This document shows, one piece after another, positions 30,786 through 43,415 of a DNA stretch of 64,000 nt. Position 1 is the first letter of the stretch, and each line of letters opens with the position of its first letter. The DNA is taken from positions 96,001 to 160,000 of the forward strand of contig JBCCWC010000003.1 of NCBI GenBank assembly GCA_039194325.1, in the 5' to 3' direction. The position numbers and the translations under genes are program-made. Origin of the DNA: Myxococcota bacterium (GTDB lineage Bacteria > Myxococcota_A > Polyangia > Nannocystales > Nannocystaceae). The notes beneath the pieces are model-generated. The model made no database searches, was not told the DNA's origin, and saw only the letters and a list, made by a program, of their open reading frames with translations.

Positions 30786-30824
30786 GGCTCTGGCATCACC
30801 GGCTCTGGCATCACCGGCTCTGGC
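30786..30824. repeat. 15-bp tandem repeat right after the dnaA stop
   Basis: CGGCTCTGGCATCAC, about 2.6 copies. Confidence 0.8.
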
Positions 30825-30917
30825 GCCGGCACCGGGAAAAACCCCGGCAACGATCTCGACTCGGGCCTCCCATTTTCGGTGCGGAGGGTCGAGCGCTGGA
30901 TCATGGGGGACCGCACC

Positions 30918-31150
30918 TGTGAATGAGCAGTGGATATCCCTGCGATCAACCCGGGGAGCATCTTGGGGACACCTCGCCGACACGGACGATCCCCAGCAAT
31001 CCACACCGCCGACCCCCGGTCCTCCCCACCCCGATGATTCTTGATTATGCCCTGATATCATATACTTGAATCGCGAATCACAACCGCGCTACACAGATCC
31101 ACAGCCCCTAAGAAGACGACGAGAATTAATTTAATTCAACAAGGTTAAAA
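30918..31150. other. Candidate oriC unwinding region (DnaA boxes, GC spacer, 3-mer repeats, AT-rich tract)
   Basis: TGTGAATGA 30918, CAATCCACA 30997, CGCTACACA/AGATCCACA 31087-31103, GCCC, CTA AGA AGA CGA CGA, GAATTAATTTAATTC 31123-31137. Confidence 0.75.
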
Positions 31151-31243
31151 GACTCTGCTTGGGCGACCGCCTCGGACCGCATACCCTCGGTCGACTCGCG
31201 CGCGACGCCCTACGCACCTGCCCCACGCAAATGGGAACCCTTC

Positions 31244-32365
31244 ATGGAATTCGAGATCGACCAGGCTCGCTTCTTGTCCGCTCTTTCGCTGGCCCAAACC
31301 GTGGCCGACAAGCGCAGCACGATGCCCGTGCTCGCCAACGTGTTGTTGCGAGCCGACGACGAGGGGCGCGTGGTGTGTTCGGCCACCGACATGATGATCT
31401 CGCTGACCGAGACCATTCCTGCCGAGGTCGGCACCACGGGCAGCCTCACGGTGGGCGTCCGTCACCTCCACGGGGTCGTCAAGACGCTGACCGGTGGAGA
31501 TCTGAGCTTCAAGGGGCTCGACAACCACTGGGCCCAGATCGTCTCGGGCAAGAGCGAGTTCAAGCTGATGGGCATGCCACAGACCGACTTCCCGGCGCTC
31601 CCCGACCCGGCGCATGGGGCCAAGGGACAAAAGCCGGTCGAGTTCACTACGGTCACCGGGCACGTGCTCTCCGATCTGATCCAGAAGACCGAGTTCTCGG
31701 TGTCGACCGACGAGGCGCGGGTCAACCTCAACGGGGTCTTGCTCGAGAGCGACGGGCAAACCGCGGTGATGGTGTCGACCGACGGGCACCGGCTCACCAA
31801 GTACTCACGCGCGATGGAGGGCCTGACCCTCGACAAGGGCATCATCATCCCGCGCAAGGGCATGCTGGAGATCAAGCGGGTCCTCGACCGGATCCCCGGG
31901 GAGGTGGAGCTGGCGGTCGGCGACCAGTACCTGTTCGTCCGGGCGGGCGACCTGCTGCTGTCGGTCAAGCTCAACAACGTGGTCTTCCCGCCCTACAAGC
32001 AGGTGATCCCCGCCGCGCACAAGCGCGAGGTGACCGTGGCCCGGGACGAGCTGCTCGGGGCGCTTCGGCGGGCCGAGGTGATGGCCCCAGAGAAAACAGC
32101 CACCGTGCGCCTGAGGCTCTCGGAGGGCACGCTGGAGCTGACCGCCGACAACCCAGACCTGGGGGTGGCCCACCACGAGATCGCGGTTCAGCTGGACGGT
32201 GAGCCGCTCGAGGCCGGGTTCAACGCGCGCTACCTGATGCACGCGCTCGAGGTGATCGACAGCGAAGATGTCCGGCTGCAGTTCCAAAACGAGCTCGATC
32301 CCTGCGTGATCAAGCCGGGCGACGAGGCGGAATTCCTCGCGGTGGTCATGCCCATGCGGATCTGA
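31244..32365 (+). CDS. dnaN: DNA polymerase III beta sliding clamp
   Basis: MPVLANVLL, ATD, LNGV, VSTDGHRL, FPPYKQVIP, GFNARYL, C-terminal VVMPMRI. Confidence 0.97.
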   Translation: MEFEIDQARFLSALSLAQTVADKRSTMPVLANVLLRADDEGRVVCSATDMMISLTETIPAEVGTTGSLTVGVRHLHGVVKTLTGGDLSFKGLDNHWAQIVSGKSEFKLMGMPQTDFPALPDPAHGAKGQKPVEFTTVTGHVLSDLIQKTEFSVSTDEARVNLNGVLLESDGQTAVMVSTDGHRLTKYSRAMEGLTLDKGIIIPRKGMLEIKRVLDRIPGEVELAVGDQYLFVRAGDLLLSVKLNNVVFPPYKQVIPAAHKREVTVARDELLGALRRAEVMAPEKTATVRLRLSEGTLELTADNPDLGVAHHEIAVQLDGEPLEAGFNARYLMHALEVIDSEDVRLQFQNELDPCVIKPGDEAEFLAVVMPMRI

Positions 32366-32383
32366 GAGTCTGGGAGCAGCTGC

Positions 32384-33565
32384 GTGCTGCTGCAGGGCCT
32401 ATCGCTCCGGGACTACCGAAACCTCGCCGAAGCCGAGCTCTCGCTGGGCGAGGGCTTTACGGTCCTGCACGGCCACAACGGGGCCGGCAAGACCAACCTG
32501 CTGGAGGCGGTCTACCTGGTCAGCACCCTACGCTCGTTCCGCAGCAGCGACCTGGGGGTGCTGGTACGCCACGATGCACCGGGAGCTCGGGTAGAGCTGC
32601 ACGGTCACGACGCCGAGCTGGGGGTGAGCACCACCCTCGAGGTGCGGCTGGAGCGGAGGGGCAAGTCCACCCGGCGGGTGGCCTCGGCCGACGGCAAGGT
32701 CGTGCGCTCGGGTGCACAGTTCTACGGTCGCGTGCGGGCGGTGTTGTTTACCCCGGAAGATCTAGGGGTGCTGCGGGGCTCACCCACGGGGCGGCGTCAG
32801 TTCATGGATCGGGTGCTCTTTGCCCGCGACCGAGGTCACATCGCCGACGTGCAGGCCTACGACAAGCTGCTGCGCTCTCGCAACCGAGTGCTGCGCCAGG
32901 AGGGAGGTCCCCCCCCGGCCGAGCGGGCCCAGCTGCTGGCGACCTACGAGGCGGGCCTGGCCGCCACCGGGGCGCGGCTGTGGACCCGCCGCACGCAGCT
33001 GCTGGTCGACCTACAGGAGCGCTTCTCGCAGGCGTTTCGCTCCATTCACGGCGAGGCCGGGGATCATCCCGAGGGCGATGGATCGGGGCACATCCCGCAG
33101 GCCTCGCTCCGCTATGCGTGCAAGCTCGGCGAGGTGGGCGAGACCGAACGGGAAGCCGCGCTGCTCGGTGCCCTCGGGGAGCGACGCCCGCTCGACGAGA
33201 AACGCGGGGGCACCTCGGTGGGCCCCCATCGTGACGACCTCCTGGTCGAGCTCGACGGGCAGTTGGCCGGCGACTTTGCCTCGCAGGGTCAGTCCCGCGC
33301 GCTGGTGCTCGCGTTCAAGCTCGCCGAAGTCCAGGCGGCGCGCGACCGCAGCCTCGTACCGCCGCTGTTGCTGCTCGATGACGTATCCAGCGAGCTCGAC
33401 CCGCGGCGCACCGCGCTGCTGTTTCGAACGCTGGGGCAGCAGGCCGGACAGTGCATCCTCACCACCACGTCGCCGCGCTTCATCGATCTGCCCGCGCAGG
33501 TGCAATCACGCCGGTTCAAGGTAGAACGCGGCGTGGTGACGATCGACGACCAGACCGCGAGCTGA
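32384..33565 (+). CDS. recF: DNA replication/repair protein RecF
   Basis: YRN, GHNGAGKTNLLEA, RRQFMD, GPHRDDL, SQGQ, LLLDDVSSELD. Confidence 0.97.
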   Translation: MLLQGLSLRDYRNLAEAELSLGEGFTVLHGHNGAGKTNLLEAVYLVSTLRSFRSSDLGVLVRHDAPGARVELHGHDAELGVSTTLEVRLERRGKSTRRVASADGKVVRSGAQFYGRVRAVLFTPEDLGVLRGSPTGRRQFMDRVLFARDRGHIADVQAYDKLLRSRNRVLRQEGGPPPAERAQLLATYEAGLAATGARLWTRRTQLLVDLQERFSQAFRSIHGEAGDHPEGDGSGHIPQASLRYACKLGEVGETEREAALLGALGERRPLDEKRGGTSVGPHRDDLLVELDGQLAGDFASQGQSRALVLAFKLAEVQAARDRSLVPPLLLLDDVSSELDPRRTALLFRTLGQQAGQCILTTTSPRFIDLPAQVQSRRFKVERGVVTIDDQTAS

Positions 33566-33708
33566 CAAAGCGATCGTTGACGCTCGGGGCGAGAGCGGGC
33601 CTATGAGGGGCATCGGCCAGGTCGATCGGGTCGGTGGCCGTCGAGGGGGGAGTATGATGCTAAAACTACCGAAATTACGGGGCTTTTTGCTCCTGGCGAG
33701 CCTGGTGA

Positions 33709-36279
<2,571 letters not shown>

Positions 36280-36354
36280 GGGGGACGGTTACTCGGGGTC
36301 GGGCGTGGTGTCGACCTCGAGCCGGTGGACGTTCGTGACGACCTCGTGCGATCT

Positions 36355-37140
36355 TCATAGTGCGGATCGAGCGGTGACCTGGACGAAGCCGGCGTCGAAG
36401 CGCAATTCGGCTTCGGGATTGCCGTTGTTGCGGAGTTCTGCTTGCGCGCGGAGCACTCCTCGGCCATATCGGTTGACGTAGCCCAGGATCTTCATGGCCT
36501 CAGCCAGCACCGGGTTGCGGTAATCATTTTGGTCTGGAAAGTTCTCGGGTCTAGCTTCGCCGTAGAGACCACCGGGACTCTGGATCTCGACCCGATCCAG
36601 GAAGCAGTAGTAGCGAATGGGCTCGTTGCTCTGATAGCTACGATGCATGACAGCGTTGAGCAGGAATTCTCGCAGCGCAGTCACCGGATAAGTTCGAGCT
36701 ACCTGCTCGCGGAGGACGGAGCCGTCGACAGGAACCGGTCGCTGTCGAACTTGTGCCTTGGTCACGATGTCAAGCTGGCGGAGTACACTGAGCAGATCAC
36801 CACTGATCTCCTGCTTGGCAATGATGTCGTCGGCCAAACTCGTACCGTTGAACTGCAAGAACTGTACGTATGCTCCAGGAAGCCACCTGCGAGGATCCTT
36901 GCCGAACAATAGGATCCCAGCGTTATTGGGTACCCGCCGCTTCAGGCTGAAGAACCGGAGTGATGCGAGCTGCTGGTCGACCGGACAGTCCGCGATAATC
37001 TCCGGGTTGATCTGCCGACGATAACCCAAGGTAAATAAGTCGAGGGCCAGATCATCGAGACTCGCGCCTCGACACGGCATCAGATCGCTCTCGAGATCGG
37101 CCATCAAGGCGCGTAGCTCGTTGTCGTTGGGGGCGGTCAC
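36355..37140 (-). CDS. RecG-C/HATPase_c_4-type protein, apparently missing the N-terminal AlbA_2 (Schlafen-like) domain; possible pseudogene
   Basis: NAGILLFG, YPVTALREFLLNAVMHRSY, DRVEIQSPGGL, YRNPVLA, GRGV; only 261 aa; lower GC. Confidence 0.75.
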   Translation of the reverse strand: MTAPNDNELRALMADLESDLMPCRGASLDDLALDLFTLGYRRQINPEIIADCPVDQQLASLRFFSLKRRVPNNAGILLFGKDPRRWLPGAYVQFLQFNGTSLADDIIAKQEISGDLLSVLRQLDIVTKAQVRQRPVPVDGSVLREQVARTYPVTALREFLLNAVMHRSYQSNEPIRYYCFLDRVEIQSPGGLYGEARPENFPDQNDYRNPVLAEAMKILGYVNRYGRGVLRAQAELRNNGNPEAELRFDAGFVQVTARSAL

Positions 37141-37198
37141 GCCAGGAGACGATAGCGTTTCGTGCGATCGGTGTCTCGCGTGCGGAAGCCGGCGCTCG

Positions 37199-40069
37199 TC
37201 AATCGCTCGATCCCCGCGGATGCTCTGCTAGCCAGGCGTCGAGTTTCGCGGGCAGGTCATCCTCGTCCCGGGCCGGTCGGTCGACCAGCGCACGGGCTCG
37301 CTCGATCTCACCTCTGGCCTCGTCGGGCTTGCTGGCGGCCCACAGGGCGGTGGCGAGCTCGTAGCGGGCCTTCGCCACCTGTTCGGGATCGATCTCGGCA
37401 CCTCCGAGCAGCGCGACCGCCCGCCTCATGTCTGCCACGGCGCGCTCGAATTGCTTCGTGTCCAAGTACGCCTGACCCCGGCCCAGCAGCAGCGGCGACA
37501 ACTCCGGGTGATCCGGGCCGAGCGCACGCTCGATCATCGCGCTCGCTTCATCGTAGCTCGCGATGGCCTGGTCGGTTCGTCCCGTCGCTCGGTCGACGTT
37601 GGCGAGGTTACCGATCGCACCGGCGAGCTCGGGGTGATCGGTGTGCAGATGCTCTTCGTAGATCTCCCGGGCCTCGACAAGGGCCACCCGAGCGTCAGCG
37701 TAGCGCTCGACATCGTAGTAGAACGCCCCGAGGTTCGACAGGGCGCGCGCCACCAAGAAATCACGAGGGCCCACAATCCGCACCAGCAAGTCGCGGGCCT
37801 GCTCCTGCAAGCGCAGCGCCTCGCCGACGTTGCCGCGGTAGTACTCGTTGTTGGAGAGATTGATGAGCAGCTGTGGATAGTGGGGATGCTCCCGCCCGAC
37901 TGAACGCTCCAGCAATTCGAGGGCCCGCCTCGTGTGCTCGGCCGAGTCGTCCAGCTTACCCATCGCCTGCTCGATGATCCCCAGGTTGCCATGGGTAGTG
38001 GCGATCATCGGGTGAGAGGGGCCATAGACTTCGACGCGATCGGCGAGCGTACGCTCGATGAGCGCACGAGCCTCGGCGCTGTCGCCCAGATCGTGCAAGA
38101 CCATCGCGAGGTTGCTGCGTACGACGAGAGTCGTTGGATGTCGTGGACCCAGCGTTTGCTCGCGGGCTTCGAGGGCTCGCTCGAAGTGCTCGCGAGCCAC
38201 GCCCAGCTCGCCGCGGGACCAGTGAAAGTTGCCCAGGGTGCTCTCGAGGAAGGTCTTGGCCTCGCGAGCATCGGAGAGGCGACCGATCGCCGCGCGAGCG
38301 TGGCGAACCCAGCGCTCGGACTCTTCGGGTCGTCGCAGCTTGCTGCCCACGACATAGATCAGCTCCGTGCTGATCTCGGCCACCAGCTCGTCATGATTCG
38401 CGCCCTGAGCGATCATCACGGCTTCGTTCATCTCCCGCTCAGCCGCTTGGTATCGACCGTCGCTCTCGAGGACCCGCGCCAGCAGGTACCTCACCTCGGC
38501 CAAGAAGGGGGCATAGCCCAGAGGCTCGGCTCGTGCGATCACCTCCTGGGCGAGCGCCTCGGCCGAGGTGTACTGACCCGCGCGTAGCTTGGCCTTTGCC
38601 TCGGCCAGGTCCCGCCGAGCTCGCTCGACTTGCTGGGCCACCGCCGGCGGCGGAGGCGGGAGAGTCGCCGCGAGGGCGTCGTCATCGCAATCGTCGGGCG
38701 ACTCGAGGCTGCTGAGCACCCGCACGGCATTGCGCACGGTAGCCGCGTCGGCTTGTTCTAGCACGGCGATCACTCCCCGAAGCTCGTCCGTGCGTCGCTC
38801 CAAGCAGGTGACCCTCCGGTCGAGCTGCTGGGCGGGGACCGAGCGGCTCACCCGTGCGCCGCACGCCTGTCGACGAGCTTCGGCGAGAGCCGAGGCGTAT
38901 TCATCCAGATGGTCGCGTACACGCGGCCAGGTCTCTTCGACATACGATAGCGCCGATCGGGTGAACGCTTGGTGCACTTGCTCTTGCACGGCGGAGCTCC
39001 AGATCTGCTCCACCACTTCGGCCTGTGGTTCACAGCTCGTCAACACGGACGAGCCGGCGTAGAGCAGCCCGCTAGCGGCGACGGCGGTCGCACCCGCGAC
39101 CGCCAGCCATGGCCAGGGGGATCGTCGGCGCGGCTTCAGGCGCTCAAGCAGCGCGTCCATTGAGGGCCAGCGATCCTCGGGCGATGGGCTCAGCCCCCGC
39201 AGCACCACGTCGCGCAGGGTCGCCGGTACATCGACCCCGGAGGGGAACTGCACATCGCCGGTGACCGCCTGGGCGGCCACCTCCTTGGCGGTCTTGCCCA
39301 CGAAGGGTCGCGCACCCCACAGCGCTTCGAACAGCGAGATGCAAAAGCTGAACTGGTCGCTCTGCGCATCCACGGGGTCACCACAGTGGGACTCGGGCGA
39401 CATATAGGCCGGGGTGCCGACCACGAAACCGGTGGCCGTCATCCGAACGTCGGTCGGATCCTCGTCGAGCGAGCCCAAGGTGGCCTTGGCCTCGTGCTCT
39501 CGGGGAGGCGCCGCCAGCCCGAAATCCACCACGCGCACCCGGCCATCCACCCCCCGCAGCACATTGGCCGGCTTGAAATCGCGGTGGACGAGGCCGGCGT
39601 GGTGCGCGGCGGCCAGCCCTCGCCCCGCCTGAAGATAGGCATCGATCACCACCGCTCGCGAGGGTGCGTCGTTGCGCTGCCATGCATCGAGGGTCTGGCC
39701 CGCGACGTACTCCATGGCGACGAAGACCTGGCCGTGTGCGATGCCCACGTCGAATACGTCGATCACGTTGGGGTGGGAGAGCTTGGCCAGCGCCTGAGCC
39801 TCGCGCTGCAGTCGGGCGTGGCCGTTGCGATCCTTGCTCGTGTTCGAGCGCAGCAGCTTGATGGCGACCTCTCGATCGAGCCGGGGATCGTGGGCACGCA
39901 ACACCACGCCCATGGAGCCCGAGCCGATCTGCTCGCTGACTTCGTAGCGGCCGACCCGGGTCGGGATCGGCGACGGCTCCATCATCAGCTGATCGGTCGC
40001 GATGGTCGCTTCGAGCCGATCATCGCTGGCGAGGCCCTCCGTAGTGCCTGTGACCTCCTTCCAGCTCAC
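37199..40069 (-). CDS. Ser/Thr protein kinase with TM and TPR repeats
   Basis: IGSGSMGVV, VAIK, HRDFKPAN, DFGLA, GTPAYMSPE, DQFSFC; many GxxHP TPRs. Confidence 0.95.
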   Translation of the reverse strand: MSWKEVTGTTEGLASDDRLEATIATDQLMMEPSPIPTRVGRYEVSEQIGSGSMGVVLRAHDPRLDREVAIKLLRSNTSKDRNGHARLQREAQALAKLSHPNVIDVFDVGIAHGQVFVAMEYVAGQTLDAWQRNDAPSRAVVIDAYLQAGRGLAAAHHAGLVHRDFKPANVLRGVDGRVRVVDFGLAAPPREHEAKATLGSLDEDPTDVRMTATGFVVGTPAYMSPESHCGDPVDAQSDQFSFCISLFEALWGARPFVGKTAKEVAAQAVTGDVQFPSGVDVPATLRDVVLRGLSPSPEDRWPSMDALLERLKPRRRSPWPWLAVAGATAVAASGLLYAGSSVLTSCEPQAEVVEQIWSSAVQEQVHQAFTRSALSYVEETWPRVRDHLDEYASALAEARRQACGARVSRSVPAQQLDRRVTCLERRTDELRGVIAVLEQADAATVRNAVRVLSSLESPDDCDDDALAATLPPPPPAVAQQVERARRDLAEAKAKLRAGQYTSAEALAQEVIARAEPLGYAPFLAEVRYLLARVLESDGRYQAAEREMNEAVMIAQGANHDELVAEISTELIYVVGSKLRRPEESERWVRHARAAIGRLSDAREAKTFLESTLGNFHWSRGELGVAREHFERALEAREQTLGPRHPTTLVVRSNLAMVLHDLGDSAEARALIERTLADRVEVYGPSHPMIATTHGNLGIIEQAMGKLDDSAEHTRRALELLERSVGREHPHYPQLLINLSNNEYYRGNVGEALRLQEQARDLLVRIVGPRDFLVARALSNLGAFYYDVERYADARVALVEAREIYEEHLHTDHPELAGAIGNLANVDRATGRTDQAIASYDEASAMIERALGPDHPELSPLLLGRGQAYLDTKQFERAVADMRRAVALLGGAEIDPEQVAKARYELATALWAASKPDEARGEIERARALVDRPARDEDDLPAKLDAWLAEHPRGSSD

Positions 40070-40396
40070 GTGCTCAGTCTAGCCGCGCGATCGCGCGAGC
40101 GGGGAAGGCATATAGAACAGCGATGCGATCGTACGCAGGTCGTCCTACCTGATTGCCTCGCGGGCGCGGACCTCCCGCTGGCACGATAGCGACCCGATCC
40201 TGGCCTAAGCTGGCTCGTTTGGACCATTTGTGGCGGAGCGGCGAACGAGTCGACGGCGGGGTGGCGGGACCGTGAAACCTCCCCCGACCCTCGGGGTACC
40301 GCCGTTGCTCGCGGAGATCCCAAACCCGAACCGGCGCCCGAGGGGAACTTCGTGGTCGACCGATTGTCCGGGCCCTCGAAGACGGAGGTCCGTGTC

Positions 40397-40927
40397 ATGT
40401 TCAAGCGAAGTCGTAAGAACGCCGAGGACGAGGAGCGCGAGGCGAACCTCATCCCGGTGCTGAGCTGTCTATTCTTGCTGATCCCTGCCTTGCTCCTGGC
40501 GATGGAGATCGCCCCCTTCACCTCGGTTCGCGTGGAGACGCCCCGCTGGGGCGAGCTATCCGACCAGACCGCCGAGCCGCCGACCAAGGAGCCCCTGCGC
40601 TTCCGAGTGCACGTGCGACAAGACGGGTTCACCGCCCGCTATGGCTCTTCCGCCGAGTCCGAGCGCGAGATCGACATCCCGCTCGACAGTGACGGCACCC
40701 ACGACTACGCCGCCCTCGAGGCCCGGGCGCAGGAGCTCAAGGCCCTGTTTCCCGAGGACATCAAGGTCGACGTCTCGGCTGAGTCCAGCGTTGACTACGG
40801 CACCTTGGTCCAGTCCATGGATGCTCTGCGGGGCCGTGACTGCTCGCTCAAAGGGGCGCTCTATGGCGAGCAGCCGCCGGCGGAGTGCTACTTCTGGAAC
40901 GTGATCGTGCAGTCCAGCACGGTCTAA
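40397..40927 (+). CDS. ExbD/TolR-like protein
   Basis: EANLIPVLSCLFLLIPALL TM; SAESSVDYGTLVQSMDALR. Confidence 0.85.
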   Translation: MFKRSRKNAEDEEREANLIPVLSCLFLLIPALLLAMEIAPFTSVRVETPRWGELSDQTAEPPTKEPLRFRVHVRQDGFTARYGSSAESEREIDIPLDSDGTHDYAALEARAQELKALFPEDIKVDVSAESSVDYGTLVQSMDALRGRDCSLKGALYGEQPPAECYFWNVIVQSSTV

Positions 40928-40950
40928 GCGCTATCGGCGACGGCGCTCCT

Positions 40951-41469
40951 TCAGCTCTTGGGCAGCTCGGCGCCCCAGTCTAGCTTGTCCCCGCAGTGCA
41001 GCATCATCGCTCCCTCGTAGGGATTCATGATCTTGCCTTGCTTTTGCACCCACAGGCCGCCTTTGCCGCCGAAGGTCATGGAGCAGTGCACGATCGTGTG
41101 CCCCGCCTGCTTGTCGGGATGGGCTGCGAGGTACTCGATGATGCCGCCGCTCATCTTCTTGAAGGCGGTGCGGGAGGTCTGGATGTCCTGGGCGCCGATC
41201 CGGCCGGCGCCCAGCACGATCGCATCCATGCCGGGTTCTCCCTGTCGAGACTCGGTGGCCTTGATGACCTGGGCGCCGAGCTCGGACAGCTCGTCGAGCT
41301 TGTCGGCGGCCAGGATGTCGCCGATCGCGAGATAGGGCGTCAGCAGGGTGCCGTCGGCCGCCTGCTGGGCCTTGTCCTCGCCGCTGCAGGCCGCTAGCAG
41401 CGCTGTGGAGACTACCAGCGTCAGGCTCGTCTGTCCGAGCGTCGTGGCAAGCTTCTTGGCGAACGTCAT
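40951..41469 (-). CDS. DUF3347-like lipoprotein (metal-binding-associated)
   Basis: Lipobox LLAAC; HCSM..G.WVQ...IMNPYEG.MM..CG. Confidence 0.75.
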   Translation of the reverse strand: MTFAKKLATTLGQTSLTLVVSTALLAACSGEDKAQQAADGTLLTPYLAIGDILAADKLDELSELGAQVIKATESRQGEPGMDAIVLGAGRIGAQDIQTSRTAFKKMSGGIIEYLAAHPDKQAGHTIVHCSMTFGGKGGLWVQKQGKIMNPYEGAMMLHCGDKLDWGAELPKS

Positions 41470-41526
41470 GACGAAGCTGCCATACCACACGCATGGTAGC
41501 TGGGGTAGAGTCCGGCCGTTTCCACG

Positions 41527-43395
41527 ATGTTCGTCTCGATCCCGTTGGCCGTGGCGTCTATTGCTCTGACCTTGGCGCCGGACGCGGCGAGCCCGGAGCC
41601 TTCGCCGGGTCCCAAGTCGGAGAGCGGATCGGAGAGCGGATCGGAGAGCGGATCGGATCTAGGCGAGCGCGTAGTCGAGGATGCTGCCGAATCCACGATC
41701 GCGCCCGGCGATCTGGCCCCTTCGAACGCGGACTCGCCCGACGATGAAGGACCCGAACCCGGCGCGGGTGGCGGCTTCTTCGACGCAGATCAAGTACACG
41801 AGGGTGAGAACCCCGAGCCTACCGCACCGCCGATGCCGGAGATCGAGCAGCTGCCCTCTCGCGATGGGGGAGCGCCGCCGATGCCGGAGATCGAAGAGAT
41901 TCCGCCCCGCGGCGAAGATGACCAGGCACCCAAAGGCAAGCGCCGTCGTTTGTTCGATCTCAAGCCCCCCGGGCCCGACCGAGAGCCCGCCGGGATCGAC
42001 GGTGGCAGTTTCTTCGATCCGGGCAAGCTGGAGGACACGGGCCCCTCGGGCGGCGCGATCCAGATCCGAGGCTATGTCGCCGCCAACTTCTTCGTGACCA
42101 TGCGAACCAACACGTTCGCCCGCGAAGACGACGGCACCTTCGAGCGGCTCTCCCCCCAGCCCTTTTTCGACGTCAGCTCCGCCACCCTCTACGTGGGAGC
42201 GCCGGTCTTCGCCGACGTGGTGTACGCGCGGATGAGCCTGGAGTTCTTGTCAATTCCGCAGCAGCAGATCGTGCCCTCGCGGCCCGACGTGATCGCCCAG
42301 CCCAACCGGCAGCTGTACTTCGAGTCGGCGGCCGTCGAGATCAACCCCTTCACCTGGGCCAAGAGCGCGGGGCGATGGTTTCGCGAGGGCTTCAAGCTCA
42401 GCGCGGGGGTGTTCATCTTGCCCTTCGGGCTCGAGGACGAGTCGCACGCCAACCCCGCCAACTGGTTCATCGGACGTCCGCGCTCGATGACCTCGGGCCG
42501 CGTCTACCCGGGCACGTGGACCGACGTGGGCGCGATGGTGAAGTGGAAGCCCACCTTCCGCGACGAGCAGCCGATCCGCCCGATCGAGATCGACTTTGGG
42601 GTGGTCAACGGCGATCCCTGCACCCAGACCCGCTTCCTCGACGCGCTGTTCCAGCCCGACCAGGGCCCGCTGCGCTGCCCTCGGGTTCGGCGGCCCGGCG
42701 AGGTGAGCGATCCTTCGGCGCTCGACCCGGGGCAGGGGCCTCCGCGGATCAACGTGGGCTTCTTCGGGGTCGCGCCCGACAACAACACCAACAAGTCGCT
42801 GTTCGGTCGGGTGCAGGCGTTTCCGATCCCGTCGATCAACGTGGGAGGTTCGGTGGTGTGGGGCAAGCACCCCGAGGCGATCTTGCCCACCGGCGGCCAG
42901 ACCACGGTGGATCTGGAGCAGGGTGGCTCTTTGCGCGCGGGCGGCCACCTTGAGGTCATCTTCGAGGATATGTTCGAGACCAAGGCTCCCTTGCCGCACC
43001 TACGGGCCGAGGTGGTCTACGGTCTCGACCGAGCGATCGACACGGTGGCCACCGCCGATCGCCGCATGCTGGGGGGCTACGCTCAGATCGCCCAGCCCCT
43101 GTTTCGCCGCAAGAAGACCCGCCTGCCCGGGCTCATCGTGCAGTACCGCTTCGATCACGCCGATCCTTCGCTCGATACCCCGGGGGAAGTCAACGGAGTG
43201 CCGATCGTCTCCGATTTTGCCGACACGATCCACGCGGGTGAGTCGACCCAGCAAGGGCATACGATCGGCCTGCGCTTTCCGGTGCTGCCGCGGTTCATGA
43301 TCAAGGCCGAATACACGTTCTTGCGTGAAGACGGCGGGCCTACCAACCAGCTGTACGACGATCTGTTCGGGCTGGAGCTGGTCGCGGATTTCTGA
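41527..43395 (+). CDS. Outer-membrane beta-barrel/porin-like protein
   Basis: Signal peptide, acidic Pro-rich linker, AGVFILPFG, DNNTNKSLFGRV, alternating beta strands, terminal Phe. Confidence 0.75.
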   Translation: MFVSIPLAVASIALTLAPDAASPEPSPGPKSESGSESGSESGSDLGERVVEDAAESTIAPGDLAPSNADSPDDEGPEPGAGGGFFDADQVHEGENPEPTAPPMPEIEQLPSRDGGAPPMPEIEEIPPRGEDDQAPKGKRRRLFDLKPPGPDREPAGIDGGSFFDPGKLEDTGPSGGAIQIRGYVAANFFVTMRTNTFAREDDGTFERLSPQPFFDVSSATLYVGAPVFADVVYARMSLEFLSIPQQQIVPSRPDVIAQPNRQLYFESAAVEINPFTWAKSAGRWFREGFKLSAGVFILPFGLEDESHANPANWFIGRPRSMTSGRVYPGTWTDVGAMVKWKPTFRDEQPIRPIEIDFGVVNGDPCTQTRFLDALFQPDQGPLRCPRVRRPGEVSDPSALDPGQGPPRINVGFFGVAPDNNTNKSLFGRVQAFPIPSINVGGSVVWGKHPEAILPTGGQTTVDLEQGGSLRAGGHLEVIFEDMFETKAPLPHLRAEVVYGLDRAIDTVATADRRMLGGYAQIAQPLFRRKKTRLPGLIVQYRFDHADPSLDTPGEVNGVPIVSDFADTIHAGESTQQGHTIGLRFPVLPRFMIKAEYTFLREDGGPTNQLYDDLFGLELVADF

Positions 43396-43415
43396 GGAGC
43401 CTAGGAGAAGCAACG

